From an uncultured archaeon (lineage in GTDB: Archaea; Asgardarchaeota; Lokiarchaeia; Sigyniarchaeales; SOKP01), in contig CAZDTP010000061.1 in NCBI GenBank assembly GCA_964508365.1, positions 1 to 20,521 on the forward strand: 20,521 nt of DNA, in the 5' to 3' direction. This document shows, in pieces, positions 1 through 7,424 of this stretch; position 1 is the first letter of the stretch, and each line of letters opens with the position of its first letter. The notes under the pieces were generated by a model. That model was given only the letters and a program-made list of their open reading frames with translations. It was not told the origin of the DNA and made no database searches. The translations under genes and the position numbers were made by a program.

Positions 1-1683
1 CTGAAAAATTGGATAGAAGAAGTATCCGAAGAGGAAATTAGTTCCGAACTTAAAGTTAAGTTAAAAGAAATCGTTGAGAATTATAGCGAGCTAGATGAAG
101 TGGCAATAGCGTTCATGAAATTATACACCAAAGCGCAACATAAAAAACTATCTAACACTGAACAAAAAGAATTACACTCCCTTGTAAGAACGCTCCAAAA
201 AATCGACCCCTCAAAAATTGAGCTATTCGCAAAGATTAGGGCCATGAAACATTATTTATCTGATAAAAATTCTGACGATCTCTTGAACAAAACACGGGTC
301 AATCGACTCCTTAACCAGTTTTTTGCACAATTTGAGCAAATCTCTTATACTACTAAAGATTTGATTATGGATTTGAGAAATGAAATCCAGCAACTTTCTG
401 AAGAATTAGCATTAATGTTTCCAAATAGGCTAGTGACAATAAGAGGTAATGCGTTTTCACATGGACATCTTGCTCGATTATTAGGAAGGAGTATTACATA
501 TGTTAGATCAGTTTGGACTCGAAATGCTGAGATTAATCCAGATTATGTCATTAATAAAAATTCGCTACTAAGATTACAGGAAAAATTAGAAGAAAAATTA
601 GACGTAAAAGCACTTGGTTGCTTCAAGATTATCAAAAGATATCAAAATAACGAACTGGACACCATCCGATTTGTTGATTTGATAGAAAAAGAATTAGGAA
701 GAGTTTCAGGTGAAATCGAAGTGACAAATAAAGAACTTGGTTTAATTTTAGCTGGAGCAAACAGTGCTATTAAAAATGTACTTGCTCGTATCACGATGCC
801 CAGCAATTTATGGTATAATCCTCATTTCAAATTCTCAAAAGAACGCTTAGAACAATTTAAAGATTCTCTTTTTGAAATCTTTGGAGATCGCGCTCAAAAA
901 TGTTTTGATAAACTTCAGAGATATAGAGACTTAAATGTTGATTTAAAAGAATATTCAAATCAGCAGTATACAGTTGGAAACCCGCATTATTTCCGAGGTA
1001 TTGAAAAAAAGCGAGAAGTTTCTTATTGGTTTGGTTTCTTGCGGGCAGATGGGTCTCGAAGCGGAGCTCCTTATCGCATGCGTATTGAGCTCGCAGTAAA
1101 AGATTATGATCGTTTAGAAGAATTAGCTAAAAAAGTTGAACTTCCTTTGAACCGTATTAAATTCCGTATAAGATACAAAAACTATAAAGGGAAACTGAAA
1201 GGATATGAAACTACTTATCTTACTATCGATTGTAAAGAAATGGCTAAGGATATCGACGATTTAGGATTTGAGAGTTCAAAGTCTGAACAAAAGAGTGTCC
1301 CAGATTATGTAGTACACGCTCTCAAAAAGGCAAAAGAAATGTCAGAGCTTACAAACATAGAGTGGTGGTTAACTACTCCTGGACAAGTCGCTCTAGCGTT
1401 CCTACTTGGTTTTTACGATGGTGATGGATCTTACCTTGGCGGAAAAAGCGCGGTTATCTATGCAAGCAGTAAGCCATTTTTAAAGCAAATAAAAGAGTTA
1501 TTTGAGATAGAAAATAGAATTTTAACATGTAAGGAACCCGGAGAAGAAGCTTTGGTGTTTGACCACAAATACATATCTAGTGGTTTTTATTCTCTTGCTT
1601 TAGGTCCCAAATTGTTAGATATTATGATGAATTCTTACGAATATAGTATGGAAAGGAAGCGACCACAAGATTCAGCAGGATAA
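1..1683 (+). CDS. Large protein, 5'-incomplete in this window, with two internal HTH-like repeats and a C-terminal two-motif LAGLIDADG endonuclease domain
   Basis: Frame 1 is open from base 1 (LKNWIEEVSEEE...), so the GTG at 100 is probably not the true start. LAGLIDADG-type helices are YWFGFLRADG (1024-1053) and AFLLGFYDGDG (1396-1428), both keeping the acidic catalytic position. HTH-like segment FSHGHLARLLGRSITYVRSVW. Confidence 0.8.
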   Translation: MKNWIEEVSEEEISSELKVKLKEIVENYSELDEVAIAFMKLYTKAQHKKLSNTEQKELHSLVRTLQKIDPSKIELFAKIRAMKHYLSDKNSDDLLNKTRVNRLLNQFFAQFEQISYTTKDLIMDLRNEIQQLSEELALMFPNRLVTIRGNAFSHGHLARLLGRSITYVRSVWTRNAEINPDYVINKNSLLRLQEKLEEKLDVKALGCFKIIKRYQNNELDTIRFVDLIEKELGRVSGEIEVTNKELGLILAGANSAIKNVLARITMPSNLWYNPHFKFSKERLEQFKDSLFEIFGDRAQKCFDKLQRYRDLNVDLKEYSNQQYTVGNPHYFRGIEKKREVSYWFGFLRADGSRSGAPYRMRIELAVKDYDRLEELAKKVELPLNRIKFRIRYKNYKGKLKGYETTYLTIDCKEMAKDIDDLGFESSKSEQKSVPDYVVHALKKAKEMSELTNIEWWLTTPGQVALAFLLGFYDGDGSYLGGKSAVIYASSKPFLKQIKELFEIENRILTCKEPGEEALVFDHKYISSGFYSLALGPKLLDIMMNSYEYSMERKRPQDSAG

Positions 1684-1781
1684 CTAAATTTTATGGGTGA
1701 TTAGACTTAAATATGATTAGTTTTTATTTACTCTATTAATATTTCTTTTTAAAAGTGGGCAATAATTATCAAAGGTGGAAA

Positions 1782-2516
1782 ATGATGGTGTCAGTAATTG
1801 TTAGGGAACATGAGTTTAGAGGTGTTTTTTACAGCGCTCAAGAGGTCAAAGTTGATCAAAACAGAAAGTTGCTGGACTTAGGAGGTAAGTGTCATGTCAG
1901 CATTAAACACGCTCAGGGTCTTGAAAAATTGACTGAGCTTCTTCGTCTGGAACTCAACGGAAATCATCTTGCCAAAATCGAGGGATTGGGAACTCTAACG
2001 AATTTAGAAGATTTGTTTTTCGATGGAAATGATATAACCGAAATCGAAGGGCTCAATGCTCAAGTTAATTTAACACGTTTAGATTTAGGATCTAACAAAA
2101 TTTCTGAAATTAAGAACCTCGATAAGCTTATTAAATTATGTGTGTTGAGACTAAGTGGTAATAAAATAGATGAAATAAAAGGTATTGATCAACTCGTTAA
2201 TTTAATCAAATTAGACCTCAGTTCTAATGAAATTACAGAAATTAAGGGTCTTGAAAAACTCGTTAACCTAAGGATTTTAAATCTTGATAGCAATCAGATT
2301 ACTGATATACGACCCCTCGAAAATTTGATGAGTCTGGAATCATTGAATCTCACCGGAAATCCCATAACCAACATTGAACCCCTCAAAAAATTACCAAATT
2401 TAAAGAGTCTTTACGCATATAACACTCAAATCCCAGAGCAATCGCTTCGCGAGTTTAAAGAAGCCCGCGAACTACTCTGGGAACAAGGGAAAGGTCCGTA
2501 CTTTACTATTTCATAA
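1782..2516 (+). CDS. Leucine-rich repeat protein (SDS22/internalin-like, about 8 repeats of 22 aa)
   Basis: Regular LxxLxxLxLxxNxIxxIxxLxx units, e.g. LVNLIKLDLSSNEITEIKGLEK and LVNLRILNLDSNQITDIRPLEN. ATG at 1782 is preferred; the ORF track starts at GTG 1755. Confidence 0.9.
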   Translation: MMVSVIVREHEFRGVFYSAQEVKVDQNRKLLDLGGKCHVSIKHAQGLEKLTELLRLELNGNHLAKIEGLGTLTNLEDLFFDGNDITEIEGLNAQVNLTRLDLGSNKISEIKNLDKLIKLCVLRLSGNKIDEIKGIDQLVNLIKLDLSSNEITEIKGLEKLVNLRILNLDSNQITDIRPLENLMSLESLNLTGNPITNIEPLKKLPNLKSLYAYNTQIPEQSLREFKEARELLWEQGKGPYFTIS

Positions 2517-2662
2517 TGAATTTTTTTTTATTAGATTATTACATGTTTAAAATATAAAGGAAATTATCAAATACTCAAATTCTATACTTTTTTAAAACTT
2601 AATTCATTGTAAAAATTAATTATTAAATGTTAATCAGTTATAATTACTAAAGGTTATTAATC

Positions 2663-3571
2663 TTGAAGATAAGTTTAGTGGGTTTGGGAGGCTGTGGAAA
2701 AACTAGCCTTTACTCCGTAGCATTTGCTGAGACGAAACCAGAAGATACGAAGAAATTGAGTCCAACAATTTTATACGAAACGAGAAGGCATCCCTTTCTC
2801 GGTCTTCAAGTTGGAATCTTCGATTTCGGCGGCCAGGAACAATATCGAAAAGAATACATGGACCGGCCAGATATTTTCAAGGGGACTGATTTCTTGATTT
2901 GTATTGTTGATTTGCACGATCCGGATACTTTTGATAAAGCGAAGGAATATTTTGAGGGTTTGTTGGATATCCATCGGAAAAATAACGAGAAACCCAAGAT
3001 CTTCTTGTTTTTACATAAGTACGATACAGAATCCTATCAGAAGGAGCTATTAGATACCAACGTAAAGAACGCTAAGAAAATATTTTTAGACACGTTTAAG
3101 GATTACGATTTCGAGTTGAAACTTACAAGTATTTATCAGCAAGATGAATTGGCTAAAATATTCCGCGATATTTTGATTTCGTCGTATAAAGACCTGAAGA
3201 AATCAGTGGAAAAAGCAGAGAGTCAACTTGAGGAAATAAAAGCAAAAATAATTATTTCTGACGTTTCAGGTAATGTGTTGGTTCACAACGTTCAAGGTGT
3301 TAGTAGTGGTTTGACGCTAAGGGGGGACTTAAGGGATTTTATTGACGCGTGTAATACAGTAAGAGAGAACATATTTATGTCCGACTCCTGCCGTTTCACG
3401 GGTCAAAGTGAGGACGGAAAAGGGATCGAGCTCCATATCTTTAAATATATTATCGCCGTATTTGTCATGAAGTCAGGTGAATTAGAGAGAGAATCTATGG
3501 ACAAGTTAAATGTATTACTTAACGACATGAGATTATTCGCAGATTTAATAATTTCAGCTCACAACGACTAA
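2663..3571 (+). CDS. Rag/Gtr-like small GTPase with a probable C-terminal roadblock/longin-like domain
   Basis: G1 GLGGCGKTS, G2 PT, G3 DFGGQ, G4 HKYD (HKxD is typical of Rag/Gtr1), G5 TSIY. An extra ~120-aa C-terminal region begins KIIISDVSGNVLVH. TTG start. Confidence 0.85.
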   Translation: MKISLVGLGGCGKTSLYSVAFAETKPEDTKKLSPTILYETRRHPFLGLQVGIFDFGGQEQYRKEYMDRPDIFKGTDFLICIVDLHDPDTFDKAKEYFEGLLDIHRKNNEKPKIFLFLHKYDTESYQKELLDTNVKNAKKIFLDTFKDYDFELKLTSIYQQDELAKIFRDILISSYKDLKKSVEKAESQLEEIKAKIIISDVSGNVLVHNVQGVSSGLTLRGDLRDFIDACNTVRENIFMSDSCRFTGQSEDGKGIELHIFKYIIAVFVMKSGELERESMDKLNVLLNDMRLFADLIISAHND

Positions 3572-3906
3572 ACTTAAAATTTATTTATTTTTACTTTTAT
3601 CTCTTTTTTTAAAATAATGCATTTAGCTTCTGCTGTGGCTTTAGCTATTGCGAGTGAAAATTACGCTTATATTTTTAATTCAAATTGATAAATAAAGTGA
3701 CTAATAACCAAAAGACTTAATGTAAAATGGATTAGAAGGTGAATTTAATAATTTTTTTAGGATTGGTAGCAACATCAATTTCACTCACCCAGAGAATCTT
3801 ATTCAAGTAAATAGTCCACCATGCTTAATTTTTCAGAGGACAAATGATACTATCAATTGTTTTAATATCGTAAACAATATTCGAAACGCATACCTCGCAA
3901 AAGGTA
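3563..3906 (+). repeat. 344-bp exact direct repeat, copy 1
   Basis: Line-by-line identical to 7043-7386 (offset 3480). Identity starts at AACGACTAAAC and ends at GCAAAAGGTA; the next bases differ (A vs T). Confidence 0.98.
3580..3610 (+). terminator. T-rich tract just after the Rag-like gene, possible archaeal oligo-T terminator
   Basis: TTTATTTATTTTTACTTTTATCTCTTTTTTT begins 9 nt after the TAA stop at 3571. Confidence 0.4.
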
Positions 3907-4022
3907 ATGATAAATATTCTATTCTTTGGATGCCCTTGGGTGGACATAGCGCAGTTTTTTATTTTTCGGGTTATTATAACCAAATCTCTTTATACTATAT
4001 GGAAAGATTTATTTACCTTTAG
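3617..4022 (+). pseudogene. Degraded C-terminal half of an alpha/beta-hydrolase (esterase/lipase-like)
   Basis: My translation: 3620-3685 HLASAVALAIASENYAYIFNSN, the helix that normally follows the GxSAGG nucleophile, then stops and a frameshift. A start-less 98-aa frame at 3726-4022 contains SPPCLIFQRTND (acid-residue strand) and LWMPLGGHS (catalytic His region). Missing from the ORF track. Confidence 0.7.
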
Positions 4023-4126
4023 TATTAATTTTTTTATAACCTTAAATTTGAATTGTTAAAAAAGGATTAAAACTTCAATTTATTATTTAACATAATGTAA
4101 TTAGAATCCTTATTTTCCCTATTAAA

Positions 4127-4930
4127 ATGCTATTAGAAATGGATCATGTATCAATACCAACTTTGGATAAGAAATGTGTTATTGTAAATAATGTTTCATT
4201 TGGAGTAAAGGAAGAAACAATCCATGCAATTATTGGTCCAAATGGTTCTGGGAAATCAACTCTTGCATATGCTATTATGGGAGTAGATAACTATAAAGTC
4301 TCACATGGGAAAATCTATTTTAATGATAGAGATATCACAAACTTACCTATTACCGAAAGAGCAAAGCTCGGGATTACTTTAGCATGGCAAGAGCCCGCAA
4401 GAATTGATGGTCTACCAGTTTTTAAGTATATTTCATTAGGGATTAAAGATAAGACGAATATAAAAGAAAAAGTTGTTGATGCACTAAAAATAGTAAATTT
4501 AGAACCAGAGAAATTTTATTCAAGAACAATTGATGAATCGTTAAGTGGAGGAGAAAGGAAAAGGGTAGAGCTTGCTGCTGCTATAGCTATGCAACCTAGA
4601 TTGATAATATTGGATGAACCTGATAGCGGATTAGATGTGATTATCACAGAAGATTTCCTTAATATCTTTAATAAAATTAAAGCTTTCAATATGACTATAT
4701 TATTAATCACACATCGAGAAGACATTGGGATGATTGCAGATTATGGGACACTATTGTGGAAAGGTGAGGCTGTAATAACAGATGAATTTCCAAAGGTAAT
4801 GGTAAGGTATTGTGCTAAAGCAGGTTTAAAAGGATGGTGTAAAAGAACATTATTTAAAAATGGAGCTCGATGTTTTGACGATGAATATATAGAAAGAATT
4901 TTCAGAGAGGAAGGAATTCATGACGAATAA
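4127..4930 (+). CDS. sufC: SufC-like ABC ATPase (SmsC-type Fe-S assembly ATPase)
   Basis: Walker A GPNGSGKST, signature LSGGERKR, Walker B LIILDEPDSGLD and H-loop ITH. The LAWQEPAR Q-loop resembles archaeal SufC. It overlaps the following sufB-like gene and has three C-terminal Cys. Confidence 0.9.
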   Translation: MLLEMDHVSIPTLDKKCVIVNNVSFGVKEETIHAIIGPNGSGKSTLAYAIMGVDNYKVSHGKIYFNDRDITNLPITERAKLGITLAWQEPARIDGLPVFKYISLGIKDKTNIKEKVVDALKIVNLEPEKFYSRTIDESLSGGERKRVELAAAIAMQPRLIILDEPDSGLDVIITEDFLNIFNKIKAFNMTILLITHREDIGMIADYGTLLWKGEAVITDEFPKVMVRYCAKAGLKGWCKRTLFKNGARCFDDEYIERIFREEGIHDE

Positions 4931-5891
4931 TGAATATCCTCAAGAGATATTAGATAGCTTGGAAGATTATAATATCGACATCCGGGATTTTTTACCAGGG
5001 CACGGCAAAGGGGCTAAACTTTTATTAAATTTTAATAAAATTTCAGGGATAGAACAAATAAATGGGATCATAATAAAGGGACGAGAAATTCCTAATGGTG
5101 TTGTTGCAGATGTAATAATAAAAGAAGGAACTAAACTGGATGATCCGATTCACTTATGTTTTGGGGTTAATAAAGAAACGGGTATTCAGGAGATTTTTCC
5201 ACGTATAATCGCTGAGGATAATACTGAAGTAACAATTCAAGCCCATTGTAGTTTTCCAAATGCTAATGGGTTAACCCATAAAATGTTTGGCCATTATTAT
5301 ATCGGTAAAAATTGTAATTTTACATATAATGAAACTCATTATCATGGAGAACAGAGTGGCGCCTTAGTAGCTCCAGTTGGCTATATTTATGTTGGAGAAA
5401 ATAGTATTTTTGAAAATAATTTTAATCTCACAAAAGGAACTCCTGGACAAGTAAAAATTTTACTCGATATTTATGCTATGAAAGATAGCGTCGTCAGTTC
5501 AACGGTTAGAGCTTTTGGAAAAAATAAAAAGGATTCAATAAGAATTAGAGATTCTGTGTTCCTTGAAGGCGATCATGCAAGAAGCGTTATTAAAATGAAA
5601 GCTGCTGCGAAAGATGGGGGAGAAGTTTTAATGTATGGAATTACGGAAGGAAATGCACCATATTGTAATGGTCATGTCGAATGTAGTGAAATAGTTCTTG
5701 GGAAAGGTTCAATCTGTCGATCACGTCCTTTTATTCGAGCGATTGATCCTACTTCGAGCATATCTCATGAAGCTTCGTTAGGTAGATTTCCACAAAAATG
5801 GTTGGATGAACTCATGGCTAAAGGATTGACCGAAAACGAAGCAACTGAAATTCTAATAGAAGCAATGCTCCAAGAAGAAACAAAATTATAA
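4920..5891 (+). CDS. sufB: SufB/SufD-family Fe-S scaffold (SmsB-type)
   Basis: Beta-helix-type sequence with PIHLCFG, GHVECSEIV and the terminal ISHEASLGR..LDELMAKGLTENEA motif typical of SufBD. 11-bp overlap with sufC. Confidence 0.88.
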   Translation: MTNNEYPQEILDSLEDYNIDIRDFLPGHGKGAKLLLNFNKISGIEQINGIIIKGREIPNGVVADVIIKEGTKLDDPIHLCFGVNKETGIQEIFPRIIAEDNTEVTIQAHCSFPNANGLTHKMFGHYYIGKNCNFTYNETHYHGEQSGALVAPVGYIYVGENSIFENNFNLTKGTPGQVKILLDIYAMKDSVVSSTVRAFGKNKKDSIRIRDSVFLEGDHARSVIKMKAAAKDGGEVLMYGITEGNAPYCNGHVECSEIVLGKGSICRSRPFIRAIDPTSSISHEASLGRFPQKWLDELMAKGLTENEATEILIEAMLQEETKL

Positions 5892-5935
5892 ATAAATTTA
5901 GAATAGAATAAAACTAATTAAAAAAAAATAGAGAT

Positions 5936-6124
5936 GTGAATGAAAAAAGGGGTAAGAATAGAATAAAAGTTGGGGATGATGCTCCCTTATTTAAGTTAGA
6001 ATCTTTCAATGCAGACTTAATTGATTTAAAAGAACTTGGAGAATTCGTAATTGATGAACAAAGTAAAAAGATCTATAAACGAAAGGGATGGCTCCTCCTT
6101 CTTGAGATTTTTAAAGTATTATGA
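5936..6124 (+). pseudogene. Internally deleted AhpC/TSA-redoxin-like remnant
   Basis: The N-terminal motif IKVGDDAPLFKLES..IDLKEL is joined directly to a C-terminal-type FVIDEQSKKIY motif. There is no Cys and no thioredoxin-fold core. Confidence 0.5.
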
Positions 6125-6166
6125 AAACTTTTAAAAGATAAAATCTAAAGATATTAGGAATTAATC

Positions 6167-6811
6167 ATGAAGGAAAATACAAAATATCATAATTATATTT
6201 TTCAAGGAAGAATAAATATAGATGAAATTCAACCATGGTTTGATTTTGGAACAGCCAAACCTTGGGATGAAGCGGAAATACCTTGGGTTTTAGATAATAG
6301 AGTAAGACGAGAAATTCTAATCACATTGGCGGAAAGCCCAAAAACTTTTGATGGGCTCTATCATAAACTTAATTTTGCTCCAAAACCGCTTTTAATATCT
6401 AAAGAAGAATATGATTGTAAAATAAAGTATCAATGGACTAAAGAAACCGTGAAAAACCATTTATTAAATTTAGAATGGTATCATCTGATTAAACAAGAAG
6501 GTGATAAATATACTATCGATTTTCCAATTTTTACAAAGGAAAATTTGGGATTAATGGAAAAATATATATTAAAATTTGCTGAAAATTGGATAAAGATTAT
6601 CCAAGATTCAAAAGAGGACATTCACAATCTACTCCACATAGATGGAAAAATAGCATCCATTTATGAAATTCTTATTGAAAAAGCAGTTAATAAATTATAC
6701 GATCTTCTAAAAAGCCAGAATCTACTTCCTAATGAGCCCAACATTAAAATTTTGTGGGCAGAACAACTCAGGAAAATAAAATTTGAAGAATGGGTCGAAA
6801 AAAACTTTTAA
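6167..6811 (+). CDS. Hypothetical protein with ArsR-like winged-helix segment
   Basis: Intact 214-aa ORF. RREILITLAESPKTFDGL ... TVKNHLLNLEWYHLIKQEGDKY fits a wHTH pattern with an insertion between the helices. Confidence 0.55.
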   Translation: MKENTKYHNYIFQGRINIDEIQPWFDFGTAKPWDEAEIPWVLDNRVRREILITLAESPKTFDGLYHKLNFAPKPLLISKEEYDCKIKYQWTKETVKNHLLNLEWYHLIKQEGDKYTIDFPIFTKENLGLMEKYILKFAENWIKIIQDSKEDIHNLLHIDGKIASIYEILIEKAVNKLYDLLKSQNLLPNEPNIKILWAEQLRKIKFEEWVEKNF

Positions 6812-7042
6812 TAATGAAAAATAGGATATTTTTTTATTTTTTAAAAGAATCTGAGTTATTTTGCGGATATAATTTTTTTTTGCGTCCATATTTTTTTCCG
6901 TAAATAAAGCTGGGTATCACCCCCACTATGCTAATAAGGATTTATTGTACTTTTACATTTATGTAATTGATTAGTCTTATATTATTTTCTCTCAAAACTT
7001 AGAAATGATCATCATTTGGAAACATTCCTAAATTTAGCTTAT

Positions 7043-7386
7043 AACGACTAAACTTAAAATTTATTTATTTTTACTTTTATCTCTTTTTTTAAAATAATGC
7101 ATTTAGCTTCTGCTGTGGCTTTAGCTATTGCGAGTGAAAATTACGCTTATATTTTTAATTCAAATTGATAAATAAAGTGACTAATAACCAAAAGACTTAA
7201 TGTAAAATGGATTAGAAGGTGAATTTAATAATTTTTTTAGGATTGGTAGCAACATCAATTTCACTCACCCAGAGAATCTTATTCAAGTAAATAGTCCACC
7301 ATGCTTAATTTTTCAGAGGACAAATGATACTATCAATTGTTTTAATATCGTAAACAATATTCGAAACGCATACCTCGCAAAAGGTA
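7043..7386 (+). repeat. 344-bp exact direct repeat, copy 2 (includes a truncated copy of the hydrolase remnant, 7097-7386)
   Basis: Identical to 3563-3906. It lacks the final ~116 bp of the hydrolase remnant (the GGHS region) that follows copy 1. Confidence 0.98.
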
Positions 7387-7424
7387 TTGTTAATCTTTAC
7401 TTAATTATAATTTCATTACCTAAT

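Noticed and set aside
1000-1683. LAGLIDADG domain as an intein
   Set aside because: The ORF ends shortly after the nuclease domain, with no terminal His-Asn/Cys-Ser-Thr splice junction and no C-extein.
2771-2997. Minus-strand ORFs 2771-2974 and 2806-2997
   Set aside because: Shadow ORFs inside the Rag-like GTPase gene, with no motifs.
1782-3571. Split Roco (LRR-Roc-COR) protein
   Set aside because: The GTPase has Rag-type HKxD and a short tail rather than a COR domain, and the genes are separated by 146 bp containing stops.
3825-3947. 40-aa minus-strand ORF with CEVC
   Set aside because: It is antisense to the hydrolase remnant, which explains the sequence better.
4516-4725. Minus-strand 69-aa ORF
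   Set aside because: Shadow of the sufC signature/Walker B region.
5936-6170. Selenoprotein readthrough of the TGA ending the redoxin-like ORF; also TGA 3686 and TGA 20227
   Set aside because: A TAA follows five codons after TGA 6122 and immediately after TGA 3686. TGA 20227 has a TAA shortly upstream and no start codon. None aligns to a catalytic Cys position, and no convincing SECIS was seen (the 14592-14611 hairpin lacks the geometry).
7030-7060. Integron attC or dif-like site at the repeat's left boundary (TTTAG..CTAAA; GTT at the boundary on the minus strand)
   Set aside because: Only a 5-bp inverted repeat. There is no matching RYYYAAC...GTTRRRY pair at attC spacing, no 11-6-11 dif arms and no integrase in the window.
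3563-7386. 344-bp repeats as IS/MITE copies or composite-transposon arms
   Set aside because: No terminal inverted repeats, no target-site duplication at either copy and no transposase. The repeated DNA is a Rag stop region plus a hydrolase pseudogene piece.
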